The translations under genes and the position numbers were made by a program. Source: an uncultured Poribacteria bacterium (GTDB taxonomy: Bacteria > Poribacteria > WGA-4E > WGA-3G). From it: DNA of 64,000 nucleotides. Within the stretch, counting starts at the first letter, position 1; each line of letters begins with the position of its first letter. Under the pieces are notes generated by a model that ran no database searches, was not told the origin of the DNA, and saw only the letters and a list, made by a program, of their open reading frames with translations. Positions 8,554-18,749 of this stretch are shown one piece after another. The DNA is taken from contig CATQHZ020000002.1 in assembly GCA_958296135.2 (NCBI GenBank), positions 1 through 64,000 on the forward strand, in the 5' to 3' direction.

Positions 8554-8862
8554 TTAACCGCTATACGTATTACTTGAAGTACCGCACGTAATTCTATATG
8601 GCGGATAATTAGGCGGACGAACGATTTCTGCAAAACCTCTTGGCGTTATCCATATAGGAGATGGCCAGGTTCTTAAATCATAAATATCAGAATCGGTAAT
8701 TCTACGACGTATAATTGGTCTACCTTGATCTACTTCGTCCTTAGTTTCGATTCCAACATCCTTAAGATCTTGAATCATAGAATCCTTAATTTCCTGAAAT
8801 TCTTTTTCTGCAGCTTCTAATTTAGCTTTCGCTTCCTTTAGTTTCGTAGTTTCAATAGCCAT
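8554..8862 (-). CDS. hypothetical protein with N-terminal coiled coil
   Basis: GAGGAG RBS; followed by hairpin GGGAGCC-N6-GGCTCCC at 8527-8546. Confidence 0.65.
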   Translation of the reverse strand: MAIETTKLKEAKAKLEAAEKEFQEIKDSMIQDLKDVGIETKDEVDQGRPIIRRRITDSDIYDLRTWPSPIWITPRGFAEIVRPPNYPPYRITCGTSSNTYSG

Positions 8863-9020
8863 TTCTTATCTCCTCTCTAGATTTTGTAAGTTATCTGCGG
8901 ATGTCGTAGTTCCATTAGTTTTCCTAGATAATTTCTTAACTAGTTCTTTCACCTCTTGCGGACTTCTTGGAACATATTCTTTAAAATCCTTTTTGAGATC
9001 TTTCTTCTTTATTTTGCTCA

Positions 9021-10871
9021 TTAATCCTCCTCTATATCGACTATATCGATTTCTGGTTCAGAATTAATATTTTCGTATAGTTTGGCTGATATTTCATACC
9101 AAGAATTATTTAATTCTTCTAGAGCTTCTTTTAGAACTTCTATGTCTTCACCTTCTAAAGCTTTATTTACTTGATCCATAGCCACTTCAATTTTTTCTTT
9201 GTCGGCATCGTCAACTTTTTCTCCAAATTCTTCTATTTGTTTTTCGGTCTGATATACTAAAGAACTTGCTCCGTTTCGCAATTCAACTTCTTCTCGAGCT
9301 TTCTTATCATCTTCAGCATAGTTTTCAGCATCTTTAATCATTTCTTCAATTTCTTCTGGAGAAAGACCTTCTGGATCAGTAATCGTAATTTTCTGTTCTT
9401 TACCAGTACCTAGATCCTTAGCTGATACTTCTAAAATTCCATTAGCATTTATATTAAAAGTAACCTCAATCTGAGGAACACCTCTTAAAGCCGGTGGAAT
9501 ATTATCTAATCTAAATCTGCCAATAACTTTATTATAGACCGCTAATTCTCTTTCACCTTGAAGGACATGAACATCAACTGCTGATTGATTATTTTCAGCC
9601 GTTGAAAATGTTTCTGATTTAGTGATCGGAATTGTGCTATTCTTTTCAATTATTCTGGTAAAGACTCCGCCAAGAGTTTCTATTCCAAGAGATAATGGTG
9701 TTACATCTAATAGAACTATATCTTCTACGTCTTTATCACCCGATAAAATTCCACCTTGAATAGCGGCTCCAATCGCAACAACCTCATCTGGATTGACTCC
9801 TTTATGAGGTTTCCTTCCAAATAGCTCCTCAACCTTTTCTTGAACCTTTGGCATCCGAGTCTGACCACCAACTAAGATAACTTCATCAATTTCATTAGCC
9901 TGTATATCAGCATCATCTAGAGCGGTTTTGCAAGGAACTAATGTTCTACCGATAAGATCATCTGACATCTGTTCAAGCTTAGCTCGTGTCAAGGTTAAAT
10001 TTAAATGTTTAGGACCATTAGAGTCTACCGTAACAAAAGGTAAATTAATATTAGATTGAAGATTACTAGAGAGTTCGCACTTTGCTGTTTCTGCAGCATC
10101 TTTCAATCGTTGCAAAGCCATTTCGTCTTCCGTTAAATCGACACCATCACTTTTCAGAAATTCCTGACCAAGCCAATCAATAATAACTTGATCAAAATCA
10201 TCACCGCCTAACTTAGTATCGCCATTAGTACTTTTAACTTCAAAAACACCATCTCCTAATTCTAGAATGGAAATATCAAAAGTACCGCCACCTAAATCAT
10301 ATACAGCAATTGTTTTATTAGTATCATCTCCTAAACCATAAGCTAATGAAGCCGCTGTAGGTTCATTAATAATTCTAAGAATTTCTAATCCAGCAATTTC
10401 TCCGGCTTGTTCTGTAGCCTTTCTTTGAGCATCATCAAAATAAGCAGGAACAGTGATAATAGCCTGCGTTACTTTTTCACCCAAATAATCTTCTGCTGTT
10501 TGTTTCATCTTTTGAAGAACCATTGCAGAAATTTCTGGCGGAGTATAAGTTTTATCACCAACCGATATTACAATATTTCCATTTTTATCGCTTTTAAGAT
10601 CATAAGGAACTTGTTTCTTATCTTGATCAGTTAGTTGATCATATTTCTTTCCAATAAATCTTTTAATTGACGAAATAGTGCTTTTCGGATTTGTAATAAT
10701 TTGTCTTTTGGCAGTCTGGCCTACTGATCTATCGCCTTCTTTTAAAGATACAATAGAAGGTGTAGTTCTATTTCCTTCTAAGTTCTCAATAACTTTACCG
10801 TTTCCACTTTCTAAAACAGCTACGCATGAATTCGTAGTTCCCAAATCGATTCCAATTACTTTACTCATCAT
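9021..10871 (-). CDS. dnaK: Hsp70 chaperone DnaK
   Basis: [44 protein letters not shown] and PQIEVTF motifs; start revised to the ATG at 10871. Confidence 0.97.
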   Translation of the reverse strand: MMSKVIGIDLGTTNSCVAVLESGNGKVIENLEGNRTTPSIVSLKEGDRSVGQTAKRQIITNPKSTISSIKRFIGKKYDQLTDQDKKQVPYDLKSDKNGNIVISVGDKTYTPPEISAMVLQKMKQTAEDYLGEKVTQAIITVPAYFDDAQRKATEQAGEIAGLEILRIINEPTAASLAYGLGDDTNKTIAVYDLGGGTFDISILELGDGVFEVKSTNGDTKLGGDDFDQVIIDWLGQEFLKSDGVDLTEDEMALQRLKDAAETAKCELSSNLQSNINLPFVTVDSNGPKHLNLTLTRAKLEQMSDDLIGRTLVPCKTALDDADIQANEIDEVILVGGQTRMPKVQEKVEELFGRKPHKGVNPDEVVAIGAAIQGGILSGDKDVEDIVLLDVTPLSLGIETLGGVFTRIIEKNSTIPITKSETFSTAENNQSAVDVHVLQGERELAVYNKVIGRFRLDNIPPALRGVPQIEVTFNINANGILEVSAKDLGTGKEQKITITDPEGLSPEEIEEMIKDAENYAEDDKKAREEVELRNGASSLVYQTEKQIEEFGEKVDDADKEKIEVAMDQVNKALEGEDIEVLKEALEELNNSWYEISAKLYENINSEPEIDIVDIEED

Positions 10872-11080
10872 TTCTCCCATGATTTATCAATTCGGATTGT
10901 TCCAATAGCAACCGCATCGCCATCATCATCAATTAGCCATCCATGTTCGGTTTGCATTCCATATTCATAGAAGCTAATTACTTTTCCAAATTTATCTACT
11001 CGTAAATGTGAAATTTTTGTTTTAGGAAGCTTCTTAAAAGCTCGCTCTTTCATTTTTCTATTTACCTTTCTTTTCGCCAT
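10868..11080 (-). CDS. hypothetical basic protein
   Basis: Stop codon overlaps the dnaK start (ATGA). Confidence 0.55.
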   Translation of the reverse strand: MAKRKVNRKMKERAFKKLPKTKISHLRVDKFGKVISFYEYGMQTEHGWLIDDDGDAVAIGTIRIDKSWEK

Positions 11081-11355
11081 TTGTTTAAAAAATGAACTCC
11101 TGTATAAATTAATCCGGTTGCCATCGCACTAACCCAAAAGTTTTCAAAGTCAGCACTTGCATTATCATTAATCTGCCACTTTTCTGTTATCTCATATGTT
11201 GCAAACGCTATTGTTATTAATAGCGCGCATAAGACATCAGAAACTTCTTTATGAAGAATTGATCTCGCACCAAGAACCCCAACAAGAATTCCTTGGCTTG
11301 CATGACTCAATTCGCTAAATGGATAAATTATCCAACCCTGCAAAAATTCAAACAT
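11062..11355 (-). CDS. small membrane protein
   Basis: Two or three hydrophobic segments; directly downstream of a class M promoter. Confidence 0.55.
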   Translation of the reverse strand: MFEFLQGWIIYPFSELSHASQGILVGVLGARSILHKEVSDVLCALLITIAFATYEITEKWQINDNASADFENFWVSAMATGLIYTGVHFLNKWRKER

Positions 11356-11365
11356 AATCGCCTTA

Positions 11366-11406
11366 TATTAATAAAATATTAAATTTTCAACCCATTTTAA
11401 ATCCAA
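11366..11406 (-). promoter_or_regulatory. class M promoter motif, copy 2
   Basis: TATTAATAAAATATTAAATTTTCAACCCATTTTAAATCCAA on the plus strand. Confidence 0.8.
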
Positions 11407-11481
11407 GGAAAATTTTGACCTTGAAATTTTTTCGCCTTGTTTTTCCCAATCGCCGATTTAACGCCGCTCAAATTATCCCTC

Positions 11482-11553
11482 CCTTGCCATATATCTAAAA
11501 TTTAATTGGAACCCCATATAGACCCCTTTGGGCGGCTTTTAGACCCCTTTGGG
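11482..11553 (+). repeat. 72-bp dispersed element, copy A
   Basis: Ungapped similarity to 12349-12420 (reverse), 36768-36839 and 48288-48359. Confidence 0.75.
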
Positions 11554-11617
11554 TGGCATCCCAATACCCCGATATCCACAATAGGAGTGGGTTATTTTTA
11601 TGGCTTTGGCTCCCAAT

Positions 11618-11960
11618 TCCTTGCGAAGCCCTCGACCGCACAAGTCCGCTAAGTCAGACGCAAGTTGTGTTGCAAGTTGCAGCCCTCGACCGCACAAGTT
11701 CGCTAAGTTTTCGTGGTTTTTCCTATATCCCCAGCGGCTGGGAGCCCAAAGTATACCCAAATCCCGCTTTTTTTAGTCACAGAGTCAAGGCTATGAGGGC
11801 TTTGCTCCGTGAGAGGTGACCATGAGCATAAGAAATTATATAAAACCATTTTATAAGTCAGTAAGGGATTTATAGGTAAACTTGCCCTACTTGTGCGGCT
11901 GAGGGCTGCAACTTGCACCACAACTTGCTTCGAACTTGCACAACTTGTGCGGCTGAGGGG
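11618..11960. repeat. iteron-like inverted repeat array around an AT-rich core (origin candidate 1)
   Basis: GCCCTC(GA/AG)CCGCACAAGT and multiple CAAGTT on the left, their reverse complements on the right; CCCAG-CGG-CTGGG hairpin; AGCATAAGAAATTATATA core; homologous to 48453-48730. Confidence 0.8.
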
Positions 11961-11978
11961 TTGTCGACGATTTTTCAT

Positions 11979-12305
11979 TTAAAATGATATGGTAAAATGG
12001 ACATTTCCATGCTCATCAACGGTTTGTTGGACATTTGCTCCATCTGGAACATTAACATTAAATCCGCCAAAGTCGACATGAAATCCTGGAATGGTTGGCT
12101 GGTGCACTACTGGGTTCTTGATAAACTCAGTAATAGCATTGTAAGCATCGGTTACTTGCGAAAACTGATTTGCAGTATCAGTATTCCCTGTTTTGTCGGG
12201 ATGTAGCTCCTTTGCTAACTTTCTGTATGCTTTCTTTGCCGTATTCTCGAGATCCATATCGTTTACATTAACTCCTAAAATTTGACATGCTTGTTCTATA
12301 AACAT
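11979..12305 (-). CDS. small J-domain (DnaJ-like) co-chaperone
   Basis: ILGV...KKAYRKLAKELHPDK...FSQVTDAY with intact HPD. Confidence 0.9.
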   Translation of the reverse strand: MFIEQACQILGVNVNDMDLENTAKKAYRKLAKELHPDKTGNTDTANQFSQVTDAYNAITEFIKNPVVHQPTIPGFHVDFGGFNVNVPDGANVQQTVDEHGNVHFTISF

Positions 12306-12348
12306 AAATCCTCTTTCCTTTTGTGACTATCGAGTAGCGAAAATTACA

Positions 12349-12420
12349 CTAGGACAGGTCTAAAAACCGCCCAGCGGTGTCTATATGGTGATCCAATCCA
12401 AATTGAGACATATGATAGGG
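12349..12420 (-). repeat. 72-bp dispersed element, copy B (inverted)
   Basis: Reverse complement is CCCTATCATATGTCTCAATTTGGATTGGATCACCATATAGACACCGCTGGGCGGTTTTTAGACCTGTCCTAG. Confidence 0.75.
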
Positions 12421-12445
12421 CGACCCCAAATAGAGCCGCCTTAAA

Positions 12446-12790
12446 TTAAAGATTTTGGAAAAATCCAAGCTTCCACGCTGTCGCAATTAAACCAACAATT
12501 ACGCTCAGGACCCCAAGACCTTTTACAATCCATTTCCAAAGATGATCTCGTTTCATATGATGCTCTTCCAAATACTTAACCCGCTTATCGATCTCGTTAA
12601 CAGTTTCCTTGATTTCCTTTTGTCCTTCTTCCAAATTATCAAATCGCTTCTCATTAACATTTCGTTCAGAAAACAGAACATGGATCTCTGTTAGCATCTG
12701 ATCGATCTTTTTATTGAGCATATCATGATCGCGTTCGTTTTGTTCTTGGTATTGTTGTAATTGCTTACTTAAAAGTTCCATAGGATCCAT
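12446..12790 (-). CDS. coiled-coil protein with C-terminal TM helix (XhlA-like or holin-associated)
   Basis: Heptad pattern followed by WIVKGLGVLSVIVGLIATAW. Confidence 0.6.
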   Translation of the reverse strand: MDPMELLSKQLQQYQEQNERDHDMLNKKIDQMLTEIHVLFSERNVNEKRFDNLEEGQKEIKETVNEIDKRVKYLEEHHMKRDHLWKWIVKGLGVLSVIVGLIATAWKLGFFQNL

Positions 12791-12799
12791 GGCGTGCTC

Positions 12800-13033
12800 C
12801 TACTTATTAATTTGTTTCTTGTAATGCATTATATCCTGATAAAAAGCCCGTATAATTTTTTTATGTTCTTTTTCCAAATTATCGGATGGCATTTCATTAA
12901 CATTTTGTTCAGAAAATATCTCGTGGATATTTTGCATTGTCCGATCAATAGTTTTACAGATTATATCGTGACTGCGATAAGTTTGTTCTTGATATTCATG
13001 TAATGGACTACTTAAAATTTCTTTAGGATCCAT
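12800..13033 (-). CDS. truncated paralog of 12446-12790 lacking the TM helix
   Basis: MDPKEILS..YQEQ..HD...IH.IFSEQNVNE...DNLE aligns with MDPMELLS..YQEQ..HD...IH.LFSERNVNE...DNLE. Confidence 0.7.
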   Translation of the reverse strand: MDPKEILSSPLHEYQEQTYRSHDIICKTIDRTMQNIHEIFSEQNVNEMPSDNLEKEHKKIIRAFYQDIMHYKKQINK

Positions 13034-13200
13034 ATTGTATGCTTACCTATTAACTCGTTCCTTAACCCGATCTGGATGATCTGGATGTTGTTCACTTAAA
13101 TCTAATAGATCGTCCAATACTACTTTATGTTTTACGTAATGATGATAAGCTCGCATAATCGCTTTTCTATTATGCCAAGCATATTTCGCTACGTCAACAC

Positions 13201-13551
13201 CTAATGATAATCCGGCCATAAATGCTCCCACGATTGAAGAACTGGAGGAACTTCTTTAAAAGCTGGACCACGCCTGATCCTTTTAAATGATTCATATGTT
13301 AATGCTGGACTTTTTTCTGCAAGCATCCACCCAGTTTTTGATCGTTCAAATTTATACAAGTTACCTTTCGTTTTCTTTCCTTTAAATTTATTAACCCAGA
13401 AATATTGAGCTTCTTTTGGAATACTATCTTCAATTAAATATCGTTCGCATTCATAATCTTCGGTCCAAACAAATACGAATCTGTATACTAATTCAGATAA
13501 CGCAATATTTGGACCAAGTTCTTTAACAATGTCAAGAAACGTTTCCTTCAT
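13201..13551 (-). CDS. hypothetical protein
   Basis: Co-oriented ORF in operon. Confidence 0.55.
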   Translation of the reverse strand: MKETFLDIVKELGPNIALSELVYRFVFVWTEDYECERYLIEDSIPKEAQYFWVNKFKGKKTKGNLYKFERSKTGWMLAEKSPALTYESFKRIRRGPAFKEVPPVLQSWEHLWPDYH

Positions 13552-13555
13552 AATT

Positions 13556-13924
13556 CTAAACTTCCTTTTGTAAGAATTGAATCAGATCATATTCACTAGC
13601 AAAAATTGCAAACTTAATATTACTATCGACTTTCTTAACTACTTTCTTTCTCGAGTAAAAAGCTAATACATCACGATCATTTACTTGTAAATATTTGCAC
13701 AAGATATCTTCAAAAAGCTTTACACAATTACTATTGTCAACTCTATTTGTAATTGACCATTCATAATAAACGCAGAATTTTTCTTTTTGGAGAATTTTTG
13801 GAAGATCCAATGTCTTGAAGTAACCCATCAGCTTTTTTTCGTATTGTTTATAGTCCGCAGTCTTGTATCTCTTACCTGCATAAGCTTGATTAATTGATAA
13901 TGGTTGCATTTCTATTTCAAACAT
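13556..13924 (-). CDS. RusA-like Holliday junction resolvase
   Basis: PLSINQAY, DNSNCVKLFEDIL and NDRDV match the RusA D-x-D-N-x2-K-x3-D and DD pattern. Confidence 0.8.
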   Translation of the reverse strand: MFEIEMQPLSINQAYAGKRYKTADYKQYEKKLMGYFKTLDLPKILQKEKFCVYYEWSITNRVDNSNCVKLFEDILCKYLQVNDRDVLAFYSRKKVVKKVDSNIKFAIFASEYDLIQFLQKEV

Positions 13925-13981
13925 ATAGTACCCTTTCTATATTGTTATTTATTTATAGGGTACCACAAGTAATCCATTTTT

Positions 13982-14803
13982 TCAAATTTTTGTTCTTGAT
14001 TTAAGTATTCGCCTTATAGTAGAAGTTCCTGTATCATATATCTTAGCTAAACTATCTATTGACTCTCCATTATCATATCGATCAATAATTTCTCTTGAAT
14101 AAGACCATACTTTTGATTTTGGTCTTCCAGGCTTCTGTTTATATCCTTCTGATCGAAGAATTCTTTGCATTGTATACACGCTGTATCCATATATTTCTGT
14201 AAGCTCGCTCATATTTTTCCCGTCTAAAAAATCTTTCACGATTTCATCTTTTCTTTCCCATAGTTCACTATTTTTATATTGAGTTGATCTAGTAACCCCT
14301 CCGCAAGATTTTACTATAACGCAAATAGTGCTTGAATCACAATTATACTCAATCGCTAACTGATTAGCATGTTCTCCATTAATATACCTGTTTGCAATCT
14401 CGTATTTATTATCCCAAAGATCTTTTCTATATGTAGGATGATTTTCTCCTCTCCTACAATTCTCTTTAGTCCTTTCGGATATTATTTTTCTAATTTCTGG
14501 AGTGTGTTTGGTAATCTTACCACCTTTTGTTCTATTATATCCATTTGGAATTACAGTGTCATATTGTAGGATTAAATGTTTTTCCCACATTCCTAATTCG
14601 TCTTGAGTAAGTCCATTTCTTAAACATTCCCATTCTATTATATCTATACCATACTCACTTACCTCATTAAAAATATCTTTATTTCCATCACCTCTTAAAT
14701 GATTCCTTGGTCTAGACATCCAATCAGTTCCGTAATGACATCCAATATAACGCATGCCATCTAAAATATTTCTACCGCAATAAATAAAACCTTGTTTAAT
14801 CAT
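13982..14803 (-). CDS. free-standing GIY-YIG endonuclease with three HTH repeats
   Basis: GFIY...RYIG, WEK..I, NGYN and HTPEIRKIIS motifs; three Y/F-x-x-G-x-S...L-x-x-x-Y HTH units; paralogous to 7394-8122. Confidence 0.85.
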   Translation of the reverse strand: MIKQGFIYCGRNILDGMRYIGCHYGTDWMSRPRNHLRGDGNKDIFNEVSEYGIDIIEWECLRNGLTQDELGMWEKHLILQYDTVIPNGYNRTKGGKITKHTPEIRKIISERTKENCRRGENHPTYRKDLWDNKYEIANRYINGEHANQLAIEYNCDSSTICVIVKSCGGVTRSTQYKNSELWERKDEIVKDFLDGKNMSELTEIYGYSVYTMQRILRSEGYKQKPGRPKSKVWSYSREIIDRYDNGESIDSLAKIYDTGTSTIRRILKSRTKI

Positions 14804-14831
14804 TTACTCCTCCCAATATTTTATCCCATTT

Positions 14832-14872
14832 TATTAATAAAATATTAAATTTTCAAAGGCTTTTAAATCCAA
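14832..14872 (-). promoter_or_regulatory. class M promoter motif, copy 3
   Basis: TATTAATAAAATATTAAATTTTCAAAGGCTTTTAAATCCAA. Confidence 0.8.
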
Positions 14873-14877
14873 GCAAA

Positions 14878-14902
14878 TAAAAAGGCGGTGTAAGAACCGC
14901 CC
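14878..14902 (-). terminator. intrinsic terminator
   Basis: Minus strand GGCGGT-TCTTAC-ACCGCC-TTTTT after the thermonuclease stop. Confidence 0.7.
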
Positions 14903-14908
14903 TTTAGA

Positions 14909-15400
14909 TTATGCCCAACTCTCCTTCTTTCCTCCGAAATATGGACGAGCAAAGCCTTTACAACACATATAGTCAGCCACACTTAATAGCGTTCCATTAG
15001 AAGCCTTGACGAATATAGCGGAAACGAATCGCCCAGCATACTTTCCATCAAACGCATCTTGAATATAGATTGTATTATCATATTTTGCCAGATAATCTAT
15101 TAGACCTTGTCTGGACTTTTCTGCTAGTTTCTTTTCTTTATTTAGAGATCGCTGAGTCCGAACCACACCTTCACTAGTCACATGGTGAGGATGCATTTCT
15201 GGCGCATCAATACCATAAAGTCTAAGCGAGAATCGGCATACTAAACCGTCTTCTGTTAAATAAAGATTCGGCCAAATCTCTTGTTCTTCACCTTTCCAAT
15301 CATATCCGCAAAGCACAACTGACACATCTTCAATTGTATCGCCATCGTGAACCTGATCCGGTGTAATCTGAACGTGATACATCCATCTTTTAGTCATCAT
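14909..15400 (-). CDS. thermonuclease (SNase-like)
   Basis: VHDGDTI, RLYGIDAPE, GKYAGRF and GFARPYFGG motifs. Confidence 0.9.
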   Translation of the reverse strand: MMTKRWMYHVQITPDQVHDGDTIEDVSVVLCGYDWKGEEQEIWPNLYLTEDGLVCRFSLRLYGIDAPEMHPHHVTSEGVVRTQRSLNKEKKLAEKSRQGLIDYLAKYDNTIYIQDAFDGKYAGRFVSAIFVKASNGTLLSVADYMCCKGFARPYFGGKKESWA

Positions 15401-15593
15401 TTAAATCTGCTCCCATAGATTTAAGAATCCCAATAATTCCTTCAACTGTATTTCCATATTTAACTGCTAAATTTTCTATGGATACTCCTTTCTCGTATTC
15501 CACAAAAATGTTATCAGCAACCATAATATCACCCATAGACATTTCTTTATCTACCATTTCAGAAAGTTTTTGATAAGCTTTTACTTCTTTCAT
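15390..15593 (-). CDS. small HTH protein
   Basis: EYEKGVSIENLAVKYGNTVEGIIGILKSMG resembles the HTH units of the two GIY-YIG proteins. Confidence 0.55.
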   Translation of the reverse strand: MKEVKAYQKLSEMVDKEMSMGDIMVADNIFVEYEKGVSIENLAVKYGNTVEGIIGILKSMGADLNDD

Positions 15594-15600
15594 AATCCTC

Positions 15601-16074
15601 CTAAGCTGTCACAGCAAAACCGCTAGTTGCAGCATATGCACCATCCGGAGCTGTAACTGTAACTTCTTTTGATATATCTTCCAAGAATAAATCTGCTTGC
15701 GGTTCAACTCGTAACCAAGAGCAAGTAGTTCCATCATCACAAACTAAAACGGCATTATATGAATGATGACCACTTATATCAAGAACCCTACAAATTCCAT
15801 TGATCTCGAAATCGTAAGCGACCAACCCCATAAGGGCTGCGGCAAAACTATCGCAGTCAAAGAACTCAGGCACATATTTATGAATTGATAAATGCTCTGC
15901 TAGAATCTGATCCCAAACTGACTTTGGAAGTGCTCTGTAACTTTTATTTGTACTAATAAATTGTAAATGCGAGAGCTTGGATTTTGTCCAAGCATCTCTA
16001 ACTTGATCGCCGTCGAATACGACAGCTTGTTTAACTACATTGTCTCTATTTAAATCACTCATTTGTTCCTCCAA
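15601..16074 (-). CDS. papain/transglutaminase-like cysteine hydrolase domain protein
   Basis: FDCDSFA...HSYN...VEPQ, a Cys-His-Glu arrangement. Confidence 0.6.
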   Translation of the reverse strand: MEEQMSDLNRDNVVKQAVVFDGDQVRDAWTKSKLSHLQFISTNKSYRALPKSVWDQILAEHLSIHKYVPEFFDCDSFAAALMGLVAYDFEINGICRVLDISGHHSYNAVLVCDDGTTCSWLRVEPQADLFLEDISKEVTVTAPDGAYAATSGFAVTA

Positions 16075-18637
16075 ATTCTTTTTCTAACCATCTGAAAATA
16101 TAATCGATTATAGAATCAGCAACTGGAATATCTTCATTCTCAGTAAACCCGCTTGGCTCGAATTTCTTCCCAGTAAATTTATCCACAAGCGATTGAAGTG
16201 GCACGCCAATTTGTAATACGATTGATGTTAATATTCCGATAGTATCAAATGTTCCTGAGATAGTCGATCCCTCTTTATTCATGCGAATAAATACTTCGCC
16301 TGGTCGCCCATCATCATATAAGCCAACATGCACATATCCTTTGTGACCATCAACAGAAAATTTATGAGCTATCGCCGGTCTTTTATCCGGCAATTTCTTT
16401 CTTTCCGGAATTGATTGATCTGTTCTTTTATCGGTTATAATAATATTATCCTCATCGACTTCTTCTTTTGTATTAAGTGGTTGACTGCTTTTACAGTTGT
16501 CTCTATATACTGCTAAACATTTTACACCACGGTTCCACGCTTCAACATAAAGCTGTTTAATTTCTTCCTTCGTAATATCTTCTGGTAAATTACATGTTTT
16601 AGATATACCACCAGAAATTAAAGGCTGAACACTACCTAGCATTCTAACATGAGCCATATAATCGATAACTCGGTTTGATCCTTCTGGAGCGACAGCGCAA
16701 TCAAATATAGCATAATGTTCCGGTTTCACAAAAGGAGCGTTTTCAATTGTTCCATTCTCCAAAACATATTCTTTAATTTCGTCTATATGATACGGAGTAT
16801 AATGTAACATCTTTAATGCTGGTTCTAGCGATTGATTGACAATCTTCAAATTACCTCCACCAGCCAAAACCTTATATTTAACTAATGAAAAATCAGGTTC
16901 TATGCCAAGCGTGTCGCAATCCATTAAAAAGCTAATCGTCCCAGTTGGAGCAATAACAGAAATCTGAGAATTTCGATAACCATAATCAGAAGCTAAATTT
17001 TGAGCATCCCACCAACAATGAATAGGAGTTTCCTTATCTTTTAATATCGGAGTAAAATTACCTTTCTTTGAATGCTCAGTATTAAGCGCATAAGTTTTAT
17101 GCATCTTAATAACATGCTTCATATCAGTAGCGTTCCAATTATAGCCAGCAAAGCATCCTTTAACTTGAGCAATCAGCGCACTTGTCTTATATCCATGCCC
17201 AGTTAATAGACTAGTAATATAAGCCGCAATATTTCTTCCTTCTTCACTATCGTAAGGAACACCCAATCTCATTAATAGCGCACCCAAGTTCGCATAACCA
17301 AGCCCAAGCGGTCTAAAATCATGTGTCTCCTTTGCTATCTTTGCTTGTGGATAACTTGACATATCGACAATAATATCCATTGCGGTAATTAATACCTTAA
17401 CGGTTTGAGCGAATTTCTCCACATTAAACCGATAACCAGATCCTTCTAAGAACTTGACTAAATTAATCGATGCCAAATTACATGCAGTATTATCTAGGAA
17501 TAGGAATTCTGCACATGGATTACTTGCATTAATTTTGCCGCTTGATCGACAAGTATGCCAATTTTGAATCATATCGTCAAATTGAACACCTGGATCACCA
17601 CATTGCCAAGCCGATTCAGCAATCATATCCATTAAATCTGCAGCTTCATATTTCTTAGCAACTTCCCCAGAAACTCTATATTTCGTATCCCATGTTAATC
17701 CTTCCTCAAACGCCTGCATAAAGCTATCCGGAACTCGCACAGAATTATTACTATTCTGTCCACTGACCGTCGAATAAGCCTCTCCATTAAAATTCGAATC
17801 ATATCCAGCTCCTATTAATGATTTTGCTTTATCTTCTTCCTTAACTTTCCATTTAATAAAATCTTCAATTTCTGGATGATCCATATCCAGAATAACCATT
17901 TTAGCAGAACGCCTTGTTGTTCCACCGCTTTTAATACAACCAGCCCAAGTATCAAATCCTTCCAAGAACGAAAGAACCCCAGATCCTTCACCACCACTTG
18001 TCAGCGGTTCGCCAGCAGCTCTAATCTTACTAAAGTTTGTTCCTGTTCCTGAACCATGTTTAAATAACTTAATTTCAGATTCCTGTAAGGCAACCATCGA
18101 ATCAATACTATCTTCAACACTCTGAATAAAACATGCGCTATTTTGAGGTTGTTTATATCCTTCAGATTCCTTAACCTTAAGTTGATCTAAATCATAATAA
18201 TAATTTCCCTCGTTCCCAGTAATCCCATACTGAAACCAAAGTCCACAATTAAACCAAACTGGCGAATTAAACGCTGCGATCTGATTTATCAATATATGAG
18301 TTAATTCATCTTGGAATACTCGTTGATCTTCTTTTCTAGCAAAATATCCGCCTTGTTCTTCACCGGATGCTGTTATCGACTTAGCCACACGATCAACTAA
18401 TTGCTTCGCACTAGTCTCGCGTTCGCTTTCTGGTATCCCAGCTCGTCTCATATATTTCGATGCCGCAATATCAGTTGCTAATTGTGACCAATTTTTCGGA
18501 ACCTCTACTTCGTTTTGCTCAAAAGCAACATTTCCTTTATGATCAACAATTTTTACGTCTCGCTTATCCCATTCTAGTTTATCGTATGGGTGAACATCCT
18601 CTTCTGTAAAAACTCTAGTAAATACTAATCCCTTCAT
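16055..18637 (-). CDS. nrdJ: class II (B12-dependent) ribonucleotide reductase with C-terminal TSCPD domain
   Basis: FNSPVWFN, SACFI, GSGTG, GGTTRRSAKM, NPCAE, CNLASINL, APTGTIS, ISKTCN and YRD motifs. Confidence 0.95.
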   Translation of the reverse strand: MKGLVFTRVFTEEDVHPYDKLEWDKRDVKIVDHKGNVAFEQNEVEVPKNWSQLATDIAASKYMRRAGIPESERETSAKQLVDRVAKSITASGEEQGGYFARKEDQRVFQDELTHILINQIAAFNSPVWFNCGLWFQYGITGNEGNYYYDLDQLKVKESEGYKQPQNSACFIQSVEDSIDSMVALQESEIKLFKHGSGTGTNFSKIRAAGEPLTSGGEGSGVLSFLEGFDTWAGCIKSGGTTRRSAKMVILDMDHPEIEDFIKWKVKEEDKAKSLIGAGYDSNFNGEAYSTVSGQNSNNSVRVPDSFMQAFEEGLTWDTKYRVSGEVAKKYEAADLMDMIAESAWQCGDPGVQFDDMIQNWHTCRSSGKINASNPCAEFLFLDNTACNLASINLVKFLEGSGYRFNVEKFAQTVKVLITAMDIIVDMSSYPQAKIAKETHDFRPLGLGYANLGALLMRLGVPYDSEEGRNIAAYITSLLTGHGYKTSALIAQVKGCFAGYNWNATDMKHVIKMHKTYALNTEHSKKGNFTPILKDKETPIHCWWDAQNLASDYGYRNSQISVIAPTGTISFLMDCDTLGIEPDFSLVKYKVLAGGGNLKIVNQSLEPALKMLHYTPYHIDEIKEYVLENGTIENAPFVKPEHYAIFDCAVAPEGSNRVIDYMAHVRMLGSVQPLISGGISKTCNLPEDITKEEIKQLYVEAWNRGVKCLAVYRDNCKSSQPLNTKEEVDEDNIIITDKRTDQSIPERKKLPDKRPAIAHKFSVDGHKGYVHVGLYDDGRPGEVFIRMNKEGSTISGTFDTIGILTSIVLQIGVPLQSLVDKFTGKKFEPSGFTENEDIPVADSIIDYIFRWLEKEFGGTNE

Positions 18638-18688
18638 AAATCCCCCTTACATGAAAAATCTTGCATCCAATTTAATAGTTTAACCTTA

Positions 18689-18729
18689 TATTATTAAAAT
18701 ATTAAATTTTCAACAAGATTTAAATCCAA
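18689..18729 (-). promoter_or_regulatory. class M promoter motif, copy 4 (upstream of nrdJ)
   Basis: TATTATTAAAATATTAAATTTTCAACAAGATTTAAATCCAA, identical to the copy at 7221. Confidence 0.8.
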
Positions 18730-18749
18730 TAAAATTTTATTTTTTTCAA

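Noticed and set aside
11539-11978. ORFs over the iteron-like arrays (also 48067-48333 and 48631-48843)
   Set aside because: They are translations of non-coding repeats, with no RBS and atypical composition.
16055-18637. Intein or intron in nrdJ, terL or dnaK
   Set aside because: Lengths and motif spacing are normal; no intein C/S...HN signature or ORF interruption was seen.
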